Positions 9,994-18,244 of a DNA stretch of 35,567 bases are shown here, piece by piece. Both the position numbers and the translations under genes were made by a program. The number at the start of each line of letters is the position of its first letter. The first letter of the stretch is position 1. Under the pieces are notes generated by a model. It saw nothing but the letters and a program-made list of their open reading frames with translations, ran no database searches and had not been told where the DNA came from. Origin of the DNA: an uncultured virus (IMG/VR IMGVR_UViG_3300013902_000010) (taxonomy: Duplodnaviria > Heunggongvirae > Uroviricota > Caudoviricetes); IMG/VR virus record IMGVR_UViG_3300013902_000010, positions 62,001 to 97,567 of that record; one strand, written 5' to 3'.

Positions 9994-10971
9994 TTACAAA
10001 GGTTCATTACATTTCAACTCGTTCACCAACTGCATGTAATCATCGTGCAGGTGGGCTGGTATCTGCCTGTATAATCGCTCATCGAAGAAACTCTTCTTTA
10101 GTACCACCTTGGTTTCTGGTGTGGCTCTCGAAGCTGCCACCAAGTACTGCAAGAACTCTATCAACTCATCAGGCTCGTACCTATCCTTCTTGAATGGCGA
10201 CTGCAAGCCCAGGCGTATCTCGTCGGTCTCGCCCATCACATCCATCAATACGTCCTTAGCACGACAGAACTTAACGATAGGCTCCATGGATACAAAGGTC
10301 TTATAGCCCAAGGCTCTCACTCGTTCCAGGGCATTGATGCGCTCGGCTGTAGATGGAGCCTTACCCTCCATCTCGTCCATGCCTGTGATGGTGAAGCCGA
10401 TGGTAAGGAGGTTGCTACTCCTCATGCTTGTTGTATATATCTCGCTATCTTCATCATCAAGCCAAGCGGTGTTCTTGGTAAGAATGGTAACAGGAATCTT
10501 GAAATAATATATCAGCAGTGTCAGAGCCTTGGTGGTGACAGCAGTGGTGCTTGGCTCGAAAGGATCACACTTGAACGACAGAAATATTCCTTCCTTGCGA
10601 AGTCTTTCTAAGCCTATCTTGTTTACGTCCTTCTCGAAAATCTGAGCGAGAGCCTCGTAAATAGACTCTTGCTCCATCCAATCCCAGTGCTTCTTAATCT
10701 GATTACTGGTTAGCTGGTTAGTCTTGACGTAGGAACGTACCAACTTTTCTTTCAATTCCTTGATAGGTGCCGCCAGCTTTGGCTCATCGCCAAAGGCATG
10801 ACTCAACACGCCTCTTCGGTTATAACAATACTCACACCCATTGCTGCAACCATTGCATAGGTTTATCGCCCACTTGGCATATTCGCCTGCTGGTCCCTTG
10901 GGCTGATAAATGAGGGTGCCATTAATAGGCTGTTTATTCTTTGCAGTTATATCTTGATGATTTTGCTCCAT
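9994..10971 (-). CDS. Radical SAM protein (spore photoproduct lyase-like / phage type)
   Basis: CSNGCEYC (CxxxCxxC), plus CDPF, ILTK, GFTIT and VSMEP motifs. Confidence 0.8.
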   Translation of the reverse strand: MEQNHQDITAKNKQPINGTLIYQPKGPAGEYAKWAINLCNGCSNGCEYCYNRRGVLSHAFGDEPKLAAPIKELKEKLVRSYVKTNQLTSNQIKKHWDWMEQESIYEALAQIFEKDVNKIGLERLRKEGIFLSFKCDPFEPSTTAVTTKALTLLIYYFKIPVTILTKNTAWLDDEDSEIYTTSMRSSNLLTIGFTITGMDEMEGKAPSTAERINALERVRALGYKTFVSMEPIVKFCRAKDVLMDVMGETDEIRLGLQSPFKKDRYEPDELIEFLQYLVAASRATPETKVVLKKSFFDERLYRQIPAHLHDDYMQLVNELKCNEPL

Positions 10972-10992
10972 AGCTATATGAATTTACACGAA

Positions 10993-11208
10993 TCAATATA
11001 AGTTTCTGAACTCTTCTTTGTCGAACGACCAAGGAAACTCTATCAGTAGGTTCGACAGCCTCCAATCCTCCATGGCTTTTTTCTGTACATCGAAATCCTT
11101 GCCGGGATAGGTGGCAGTGATGTTATCCACCGTAGCTTTCCTTGGTGTGATACGGAAGGGGATTTTACTCCCCTTTACCGTAACGATGTAAATAGTGGCT
11201 TTCTTCAT
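10993..11208 (-). CDS. Hypothetical protein
   Basis: 71 aa ORF filling the gap in the operon. Confidence 0.55.
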   Translation of the reverse strand: MKKATIYIVTVKGSKIPFRITPRKATVDNITATYPGKDFDVQKKAMEDWRLSNLLIEFPWSFDKEEFRNLY

Positions 11209-11220
11209 TGTGCCAACACT

Positions 11221-11949
11221 TTAGAAAGCATCTTTGATGTCGCACCCTGCCACGGCTTTGTATTCTGCTTTCAGGAAGGCGACTTGCTGCCTTAGTTTCT
11301 TAATTTGCTCATCGGGCGCATTGCGCTCCATGATGTTCACTCGGTTGCGCCAGTTGTAATAAAACTTGTCGCAAAGCTTCAGTTCCTCGTCGGTGTACTT
11401 GTTGTCATGCAACATCGGCGGCTTCTTGATTTCGTTCAATCTGCCGTCCTCCATCAACACTATCAAGCCAGCGTAAGGGGGAATGTGCGGAAGTACTTTT
11501 CCACTAAGGTACCATGGTACGCAATAGGAAAAGTAGTTGGGTCGGCGTGCCTTGCTATTTGTAGGCGACTGTGCCTTGATGAAGACGTTCCAGCCTCCCT
11601 TGGTTGGCTCGATGTGGTAGCCAGGGTAGTCTTCGTACTTTTCGAGTGCATCGGCATCGGTCTCACGGCGAAGGAACGTAGAATTGTACCACTTGCCTGT
11701 GCGCAACAACTCGTGCTTCTGCCACTTGGAAGTGAAGTCCTTCTCGAAGTCGGCAAAGGAAATCTTGCATTCCATCTCATACCAATACCCGCTGCGGGTC
11801 TTGATGAGCATATCGCTCTCCCAGCCGAAAACGTATAGGTTCTCGGCGATGTACTTCGGGTTGCTCTTGTAGGTACGTAAGTGCTGCTGCAAGAGGAGTT
11901 CCGATACGTCGTCCTTGGCGATGAGAGGGGGTGAAGTTCGTTTTATCAT
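11221..11949 (-). CDS. PD-(D/E)xK-fold (MmcB-like) protein
   Basis: ESDML...YEMECKISFADF and PNYFSYCVP...AGLI pattern. Confidence 0.6.
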   Translation of the reverse strand: MIKRTSPPLIAKDDVSELLLQQHLRTYKSNPKYIAENLYVFGWESDMLIKTRSGYWYEMECKISFADFEKDFTSKWQKHELLRTGKWYNSTFLRRETDADALEKYEDYPGYHIEPTKGGWNVFIKAQSPTNSKARRPNYFSYCVPWYLSGKVLPHIPPYAGLIVLMEDGRLNEIKKPPMLHDNKYTDEELKLCDKFYYNWRNRVNIMERNAPDEQIKKLRQQVAFLKAEYKAVAGCDIKDAF

Positions 11950-11975
11950 AACTCTATAAATCCTTTAATCAAAAA

Positions 11976-12623
11976 TTAATACTTCTTGCGCTTATCCTCT
12001 TTTAGCTCCAGACATTGAAAATTATAGAAAGTATCCATGCGCTGACGATAATTTGGACTATTCAAAAGAGCAAAATAGAGATAGGCGTACATCATACTCT
12101 TTAAGTCTGAGATATTCCTATTCGGTGCAAGACTTAGATAACCATTTACCGATATGCCTCCAGCGTGAATTTGATAAGATGTACCATCGAGCTGATGATG
12201 ATACAAGGTGTAACCCTTTTTATCGCATAAGTCTTGCAAAGCCTGCTTCCAGGAACAATATGTTTCATCATATTGTGGGCTATCATCCAAATACACGTCG
12301 ATAACATTTAGGTCTAACCGCGCTGCCTTTTTGTTTAGCTCTGCGATGATGTGTTCGTCTCTTATGATATGGAAACAATTCAAGTCATAAGGAAGAAAAG
12401 AGAACTCTTCATTAAGCAATCTACCGCATGGACCGTAATCCTTATTATAACCATCACGACAAGCTCGGCAATCACAAGAACTGCATCCGTAAGCCAAATG
12501 GGTAGGCTTCATCCATTGCAGCGGCTTCTTGTTCCATGGCTGCATGATGTAGGCTATCATGCTTGTCTCGGTATCAAGCAATACGATATAGCCCGCTATC
12601 AAAAATTTTATTCGTTTTATCAT
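11976..12623 (-). CDS. Hypothetical protein
   Basis: 215 aa ORF sharing a 30-bp start region with the next gene. Confidence 0.6.
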   Translation of the reverse strand: MIKRIKFLIAGYIVLLDTETSMIAYIMQPWNKKPLQWMKPTHLAYGCSSCDCRACRDGYNKDYGPCGRLLNEEFSFLPYDLNCFHIIRDEHIIAELNKKAARLDLNVIDVYLDDSPQYDETYCSWKQALQDLCDKKGYTLYHHQLDGTSYQIHAGGISVNGYLSLAPNRNISDLKSMMYAYLYFALLNSPNYRQRMDTFYNFQCLELKEDKRKKY

Positions 12624-12650
12624 AACTCTATAAATCCTTTTAACATTAAA

Positions 12651-13289
12651 TTAATTATCCATAAATATCGGCAATCTGCGCCACACACCGCCGTTAGGCT
12701 GAAACTCTTGCTGAAACTTGCGCTGCTCTATCTTGTATTGCTTACAAAGGTTACTTTGGGCATAACACGCATTTTCGAGATGCAAGCTTTTGATAAATTC
12801 ATCATCGTTGGTTTGCTTTCCAAAATAATCGATAAGGATAAATCTATTCTCTGGAATATCCTTCATGTAGCCACAAAACGTACGATTGCTGAATAAATCA
12901 CGAATGCAATATTCATCGAAGTAGCCCTTTGGGGAAAAATTGATGCCATCCACCAGTATAGCGAACTCTTTTGACATCCAATAGTCTTTAGTGAGATACA
13001 TCGCTGCACCGGATGTATAAACGTATAATCGACGAATATTTTTGTATTGATGACGCAAACTGCGAAGAAACCCTAACAAGCCTTTCATCGCAAAAGGCTC
13101 TCCACCTGTTATCATGACGGTATCGGCTTGCTTCAACTCTTCGACTGCCACCACGGGTACGGAAGTCAGGTCGTACTGGAGATTGCAGCAGTCGCGGCAC
13201 TTGTTAGTGCATTTTAAGTTTACCATCAGATGAATATGGGTTTTATCGGCTCCTATTTCGTCTTTGTAAATTCTTTTATGATTTTCCAT
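12651..13289 (-). CDS. Radical SAM / 4Fe-4S protein
   Basis: CTNKCRDC and ITGGEPF motifs. Confidence 0.8.
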   Translation of the reverse strand: MENHKRIYKDEIGADKTHIHLMVNLKCTNKCRDCCNLQYDLTSVPVVAVEELKQADTVMITGGEPFAMKGLLGFLRSLRHQYKNIRRLYVYTSGAAMYLTKDYWMSKEFAILVDGINFSPKGYFDEYCIRDLFSNRTFCGYMKDIPENRFILIDYFGKQTNDDEFIKSLHLENACYAQSNLCKQYKIEQRKFQQEFQPNGGVWRRLPIFMDN

Positions 13290-13645
13290 AATCCTACAAA
13301 TATTGTTTTGAAAAAATACTTTAACGGCGCGAAAGGGTTACGTATCTCCGTAAGCTTGCCTGCATCGAAAATGGCTCCATTCGTCATAGCAATTTTGAGG
13401 TGCTTCGCCTTTACAAAACGAAAACTTTTATATCGCTCTATAAGTCCATTGCGTAATACGATATTATGATTAGGGGTAAAAGATGCAATACAGCCAGTGT
13501 AATCCTCAAAACCTACAATGAAATATTTGCAATCTTTCGTGAAACCCACTAAAAACGCACCTATGTAGCAATCTTTATATATTACTTCGCAACCACAAAA
13601 ACGCTGAAAGATTTCAACTGGATAATAAAGACTTTTATAGCACAT
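13253..13645 (-). CDS. Hypothetical protein
   Basis: 130 aa ORF overlapping both neighbours. Confidence 0.55.
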   Translation of the reverse strand: MCYKSLYYPVEIFQRFCGCEVIYKDCYIGAFLVGFTKDCKYFIVGFEDYTGCIASFTPNHNIVLRNGLIERYKSFRFVKAKHLKIAMTNGAIFDAGKLTEIRNPFAPLKYFFKTIFVGLWKIIKEFTKTK

Positions 13646-14066
13646 TATTTTTGAATCTTATTACATACATATACTTATCCAGCCACTCGTCAGGGCACAT
13701 GCCTGACTTGGGCTTATCGACGGTGATGTCGTCTATCTCCTTGATGATGCAAGGCTCGTTGTCCTTGGGATAACCGAGAACGAAGCGAACTTTCTTGAAT
13801 GGCTTCAGCTTGCGCTCCCATCTATCTTTCTTTTCCTCTTCCGTAGAATAGGGACCGCCACAAAGGTAGCCAAGCATGAAGTAATCTTGCTTGCATCGAG
13901 ACTTCACCACTCTGATTACATCCTCTCGATTGTAGGCTTCATCGGAAAGGAGTCGCCTGGTCCAATAGAGAGAGATTTCCCGATACTCCTCCGTCTTCTC
14001 GCCACTGGCTACCTTCTGGTACCATTCATCGGTGAGATGGAGGGTCAAAATTTCTTCTTCTTCCAT
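13635..14066 (-). CDS. ASCH (PUA-like) domain protein
   Basis: LTLHLTDEWYQKVASGEKTEEYRE matches the ASCH GxKxxExR signature. Confidence 0.75.
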   Translation of the reverse strand: MEEEEILTLHLTDEWYQKVASGEKTEEYREISLYWTRRLLSDEAYNREDVIRVVKSRCKQDYFMLGYLCGGPYSTEEEKKDRWERKLKPFKKVRFVLGYPKDNEPCIIKEIDDITVDKPKSGMCPDEWLDKYMYVIRFKNNVL

Positions 14067-14265
14067 AGACTTCTTGTTGTTTGTTTATTTAACTTGTTGT
14101 TTATTTATTTTTCCTATTGATTCGTTAGTTAAGCGAATTATTATTTATCTTTCGGGTAAAACGGATCGCTGTACTTTACTAATAACTGCGCCGTCTTGTA
14201 TATGTTTATCAAATCCCTTATCGTTAGGATGACTGTTGCGCCTTGGCGAAGAGGTGGAAGTTTGC

Positions 14266-14862
14266 TTATTCTTTGTTCCAATCTATCTTTTGCATTTCGT
14301 AGTCCTTAAACTCATAACCTACCTGACGGAGAATGTCGTCCAATTCCGCCACCTCTTTCTTTGTCGCCATGGCAAAAACGTAGTCAGCAAGCGGCGGAGT
14401 ATTGTAATATGGAGCGATGATGTTGGCGAAATTAGCCGTTCGTTCGCTGCAAAGATGCTCGCATTTATCGTCAATTACATAAAGCATACGACCGTAAAGT
14501 GCTCTCGTCAACATGAAATGGAATATAATATCATCCTTGTCTTCGCTGCACAAGTTGACTCTGACACAAACATAACCAAAAACGTCTGGGTCTTGCTGAC
14601 CGCGAGCTTTTTTGTGTATTATCTTATAGATTCTATCCTCTTCCAAGTCTCGCATCGGAATATACAGATGGTTGTCTATGTCCGGATATTCCTTTGGCTT
14701 TACTCGGTACTTATAGTTCTCGGTATCAATCTCGCACTCCGTAGGGTCGAAGTCGAACCAAGACTTATCTTCCAACAAGCGATATTCTACAGGCTTACCG
14801 TCTTTGATAGCTTGCAATACGCGAATCAAGCCATCGACATCTACTAAACAATTCTTATCCAT
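14266..14862 (-). CDS. Hypothetical phage protein
   Basis: 198 aa ORF (QAIKDGKPVEY...YRVKP) preceded by the repeated leader AAAGGATTTATAGAGTT. Confidence 0.6.
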   Translation of the reverse strand: MDKNCLVDVDGLIRVLQAIKDGKPVEYRLLEDKSWFDFDPTECEIDTENYKYRVKPKEYPDIDNHLYIPMRDLEEDRIYKIIHKKARGQQDPDVFGYVCVRVNLCSEDKDDIIFHFMLTRALYGRMLYVIDDKCEHLCSERTANFANIIAPYYNTPPLADYVFAMATKKEVAELDDILRQVGYEFKDYEMQKIDWNKE

Positions 14863-15103
14863 AACTCTATAAATCCTTTTTCTTGTTACTAAAAGTTCTA
14901 TTATTATCTCTTGCGCTTGCCACGCTTATTTCTCTTCCTGCCTCTCATAGCCTTGCCAAACTCATCGACGGATGAAAGTCTTTCGGATAGCCTCTGCAAA
15001 TCGTCCTGCAAATGAGAAATGACTGGATTGGGATAATAAGGATGAGAAAGCTCATATTCTCTATCTTGCATCATTTTTCAGTTTTTGTCTTTTAAAGTTT
15101 CAA

Positions 15104-15147
15104 ATAAAGAGAAAGCCTCCAATATTTTACCGCTTTATCTGGAGGCT
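15104..15147 (-). terminator. Probable intrinsic terminator downstream of the HU-like gene
   Basis: AGCCTCCA/TGGAGGCT stem followed by TTCTCTTTAT on the minus strand. Confidence 0.5.
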
Positions 15148-15297
15148 CCCATGTTCGGGTGCATGATGGTTTCGATGATACAAACAGACGGGCGTCAAAA
15201 TTACATCGACTTCTTATGTCCTATAGGTTGGCTAAAATAATATCAACTCTTTATCCCTTTCGGGTCTTTCGTCACGATTCGAGAGATATTCTACTGA

Positions 15298-15804
15298 TTA
15301 TCCCTCATTATCATCACCTTCGCCTGATGGAGTGCCGGTAGATGAAGAACCGCTGCCCTGCGAAGGCTTGCCGCCCTGCTGGGTATTGTCGCCATCGGAT
15401 GAAGGCTCATCGCCCTCGCCGTCCTTGGTCCATGAAGTCTTGGCAGTCTGCACGGCTGCGTTCACCTCCTGGCTTGGATAGAAGGCTACGCCAATTTTGT
15501 GCTCTACAAGCTTCTGCTCGTCGGCAGTCTCAGTCCACGCACCAGAGCAAGAGAAACCGATGGTACCAATGCCCTTCAGCTCCACGGTCTGACCGTTGGT
15601 AAGTGCCTCGCTTACGGCATCAAGTGCCAGCTCGAAAGCCATGCGAAGCTCAGCTTTGTGCATGGTGGTGTTCTTACTTGCAGACTCGATGATGGTGTCC
15701 ATGTCTGCCTTACCGTTGGACTTGACGGTGGTTCTGTAACCCATCTTCTTGGTAGAAGGGTTGATAGCTTTCGATTTAGAAAGCTTTAAAGTTAGTTTAC
15801 TCAT
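15298..15804 (-). CDS. Bacteroidota HU/IHF-like DNA-binding protein
   Basis: EALTNGQTVELKGIGT HU-type motif and a Gly/Ser/Asp-rich tail. Confidence 0.8.
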   Translation of the reverse strand: MSKLTLKLSKSKAINPSTKKMGYRTTVKSNGKADMDTIIESASKNTTMHKAELRMAFELALDAVSEALTNGQTVELKGIGTIGFSCSGAWTETADEQKLVEHKIGVAFYPSQEVNAAVQTAKTSWTKDGEGDEPSSDGDNTQQGGKPSQGSGSSSTGTPSGEGDDNEG

Positions 15805-15883
15805 AATGAAAATCTGTTTTTAATGAGTCAAACATATATGGTACCTACCCAAGCAAGAAGCACTCCGATACCCAAGGCATAGA

Positions 15884-15922
15884 AATACCTATTCCTATGA
15901 GATAGGAATACCTATTCCTATG
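15884..15922. repeat. 16-bp direct repeat AATACCTATTCCTATG x2 with a nested 9-bp inverted repeat
   Basis: Copies at 15884-15899 and 15907-15922; TATTCCTAT-GAG-ATAGGAATA at 15890-15910. Confidence 0.8.
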
Positions 15923-15985
15923 TAGGAGGAATAGTAGTTCCTATCACGAGGGTATCGGGATGGTCTGTTTATCGGATACCTATTG

Positions 15986-16022
15986 CAAAGATACAAAAAG
16001 TATTTTTATCGGTGTGGACAAA
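15986..16022 (-). promoter_or_regulatory. Phage-type promoter TTTGTCCACACC...TATCTTTG for the HU-like gene
   Basis: Same motif and 25-nt spacer as at 2754, 2801 and 33039. Confidence 0.7.
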
Positions 16023-16034
16023 CCCTGTCGCTCA

Positions 16035-16241
16035 CTATATTGAAATCTTTTTCGTTATCTGCGGAAACGATTCCTTTAGTTTACTAAGGGGAGAACTTTC
16101 ATCGTGCCCCATAGACACGTTTCTTCTCGCCTCCATCTGCTGGATGATGTTCTCGATGGTCTTGCCTGGATAGTCCTTGGCTACCTCTCGAAGAATGGCG
16201 AGCTGCTTGGTGAACAGCATTGCGTTTATTACATTATTCAT
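16035..16241 (-). CDS. Hypothetical protein
   Basis: 68 aa ORF with an A-rich leader. Confidence 0.55.
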   Translation of the reverse strand: MNNVINAMLFTKQLAILREVAKDYPGKTIENIIQQMEARRNVSMGHDESSPLSKLKESFPQITKKISI

Positions 16242-16285
16242 TGTTGGCTTTGTTTTTATTTGGATATTGTTATATCAGTTTTATA

Positions 16286-16507
16286 TCATATCCCGTCCTC
16301 CTCTTCGTGAAAGATGATGCGGTCGGCGGGAGTGATAGGCTCGTTCTTCGATGGGTGCTTGGTACCATCCTCCATGCGCTCCTCTCTTTCCGTATGCTCT
16401 CGCTCTTCGTCCCTGCCTATCTTGGAGAAGCCTACCAGACTGCAAGCCCCCGCGAGGATCAGGAAGAGGACGGCAATGATGAGACAGGCTAAAAATATTT
16501 CTCTCAT
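16286..16507 (-). CDS. Small membrane-anchored protein
   Basis: N-terminal hydrophobic segment and a charged tail. Confidence 0.55.
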   Translation of the reverse strand: MREIFLACLIIAVLFLILAGACSLVGFSKIGRDEEREHTEREERMEDGTKHPSKNEPITPADRIIFHEEEDGI

Positions 16508-16510
16508 CGC

Positions 16511-17104
16511 CTAACCCTCCTTTCCTTGGTTGTCCGATGGAGTGAGCACGCTCTTCACGTCCTCGTACATCGCCATTTCCAACTTGCCTGGCTCATCACT
16601 CTCGTCGAAGGAGTAATGACCCACTGCCAATAGCTGTCCGTTCTCCTGGGTAGCGTCTGCCTCGCTCTTAGCAGTGGCACGGATTACCATGATGTCGAAC
16701 TCCTTGATAAGTCCTTTCAGCTTGCGAGGGTCGATGGTGTGCATATCGCTTCGGGCGTTGAGACGGATGCGCTGAATGTCGGTCTGCGACAATACCCTGC
16801 CCACATCCTTGTCGGCATCACGCACAGCCTGGGCTTCGATGTCGATGCGCTGCTGCTCGTAGGCTTGCTGCAGCAGTTGATAGTTTTGCCATTGTGCTGC
16901 GTGCTCCAGGAATCGGCGGAATCCTTGCTCGCCTTGTGCCAACTCTACGATGGCAAGCTGCTCCTCTATCAAGAGAATCTTGTCTTTCTCCTGCCAGTGG
17001 AGCAAGCCACGGCGGTTGAACTCATTCACGATGGCGAAGGCTGTGGAGAGATTTCTTAGCTCTCGAAGCTGCCTCTTGTTTTTCTTTCTTCTGAATGGCC
17101 ACAT
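16511..17104 (-). CDS. Hypothetical protein
   Basis: 197 aa ORF with an A-rich leader. Confidence 0.65.
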   Translation of the reverse strand: MWPFRRKKNKRQLRELRNLSTAFAIVNEFNRRGLLHWQEKDKILLIEEQLAIVELAQGEQGFRRFLEHAAQWQNYQLLQQAYEQQRIDIEAQAVRDADKDVGRVLSQTDIQRIRLNARSDMHTIDPRKLKGLIKEFDIMVIRATAKSEADATQENGQLLAVGHYSFDESDEPGKLEMAMYEDVKSVLTPSDNQGKEG

Positions 17105-17148
17105 AATTTCCTTTGTTTTTATATTGTTATTGTTGTATGTAAATTCTT

Positions 17149-17305
17149 TTATTCATACCCGATGATGATTAAGAAGTCCTTGGCGATGGAAGAGATGGCA
17201 TTGCTAACTCCACCCCCCCCGTATTTCCAGCCTTTGCTCATGCTTGGAATGATACCAATCTCCATCGCTTCTGCCACGGCTTGCGCACGTCCTTACTTGT
17301 AACAT
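17149..17305 (-). pseudogene. TRD-like module G (OFF; G8, in frame as G7)
   Basis: MLQVRTCASRGRSDGDWYHSKHEQRLEIR, then G8 (17213-17220). G7 gives GGGVSNAISSIAKDFLIIIGYE*, 51 aa. Confidence 0.7.
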
Positions 17306-17472
17306 ACTCCTATCAAGTTATCGGTTGTGAGAAACGTGCCGATGCACTGCATCGTCTCGTGGGCAAAGATGAGCGAGACTTGCTTGTCTCGGAAATCATT
17401 CCTGCCCGTAAGCTTGCGCACCTGCTTGGCGTGCTCGGTTCTGGCTTCTCTTATCAGAAATATTCTGTGCAT
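17293..17472 (-). CDS. TRD-like module F (intact)
   Basis: MHRIFLIREARTEHAKQVRK...MQCIGTFLTTDNLIGVCYK*, 59 aa. Resembles module E. Confidence 0.7.
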   Translation of the reverse strand: MHRIFLIREARTEHAKQVRKLTGRNDFRDKQVSLIFAHETMQCIGTFLTTDNLIGVCYK

Positions 17473-17638
17473 AATAAATTGTCTTTTGTCACAGTGGAAA
17501 TCGTGTTGCTCCACGGCTCACGACTCATCCTGTGATATTTGTCTTGATACTTGCACCCCCCGTATCTCCGTAAAGACGGCGGAAGGCTTTTGCCTCTTCC
17601 GTGCGGTAGTGGGTAAGGATGGCTCTGCGCTCACTCAT
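17454..17638 (-). pseudogene. TRD-like module E (OFF; G6, in frame as G7)
   Basis: MSERRAILTHYRTEEAKAFRRLYGDT, then G6 (17556-17561). G7 gives GGCKYQDKYHRMSREPWSNTISTVTKDNLLCTEYF*, 61 aa. Confidence 0.7.
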
Positions 17639-17780
17639 AGATTAACAGAAGCATAGTATGTTGACCATGGTTGTCGTAGAGGCCGCCCCAGCCATCGTAT
17701 CTGGAAGAGAGTGCCGTGGAATACCTCCCCCGAAAACTTATCGTGTCACCTCGCTTCACGAAAGGTCTTGTCTTATTCAT
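17631..17780 (-). CDS. TRD-like module D (intact; G5)
   Basis: MNKTRPFVKRGDTISFRGRYSTALSSRYDGWGGLYDNHGQHTMLLLIYE*, 49 aa, with 8-nt overlaps to both neighbours. Confidence 0.7.
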   Translation of the reverse strand: MNKTRPFVKRGDTISFRGRYSTALSSRYDGWGGLYDNHGQHTMLLLIYE

Positions 17781-17919
17781 AACTTACTAATATTGCTTGT
17801 GCTTTAACCTTAGACGTTGTATTAGGGATGATATTAGCGAATCCCTCCTTGTGATAATGCGCAGTAATCGCCCCACCGATTCTCTGCGAAGGAGTATTGA
17901 TGAAACAGATCTCAATCAT
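17773..17919 (-). CDS. TRD-like module C (intact)
   Basis: MIEICFINTPSQRIGGAITAHYHKEGFANIIPNTTSKVKAQAILVSYE*, 48 aa. Confidence 0.7.
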   Translation of the reverse strand: MIEICFINTPSQRIGGAITAHYHKEGFANIIPNTTSKVKAQAILVSYE

Positions 17920-18063
17920 ACTCTATCAATATCTTTGGTTTATCAACATCATGCCCTTTACCCCCCCAGATATACACAGGGCGATACCCTTGGGCGATAC
18001 CACCACGCCATTTTGTGATGGCGAGTATTTACCGAGGATGATGGGGAAGAAATCTTGCCTCAT
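17912..18063 (-). pseudogene. TRD-like module B (OFF; G7, in frame as G8)
   Basis: MRQDFFPIILGKYSPSQNGVVVSPKGIALCIS, then G7 (17961-17967). G8 gives GGGKGHDVDKPKILIEYD*, 50 aa. Confidence 0.7.
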
Positions 18064-18244
18064 AATTCTATCATTACTACCGTCATAGGATAATGCGCTA
18101 ACGAAAGAATATTGGTTGGCCCGATATTCTCGTACCTTGTGGTAATTGTCGCTGCACACATATCGCTTGTTACGTTGACCGGTTGTTGCCGCCCCCCTCA
18201 TTTAAGAGGCGAGATTTTCCAACCTTGGTTAGACAAAATTTCAT
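18060..18244 (-). pseudogene. TRD-like module A (OFF; G6, in frame as G7)
   Basis: The ATG overlaps the MTase stop (ATGA). MKFCLTKVGKSRLLNE, then G6 (18192-18197). G7 gives GGRQQPVNVTSDMCAATITTRYENIGPTNILSLAHYPMTVVMIEL*, 61 aa. Confidence 0.7.

Noticed and set aside
14903..15075. Possible small basic ORF ending RGRKRNKRGKRKR on the minus strand
   Set aside because: The frame has an upstream stop and no convincing start; at most a gene remnant.
17926..18201. ORF-track 91 aa protein MRGAATTG...
   Set aside because: It is a chimera of an off-frame reading of module A and the first part of module B. The module interpretation explains the starts, stops and overlaps better.
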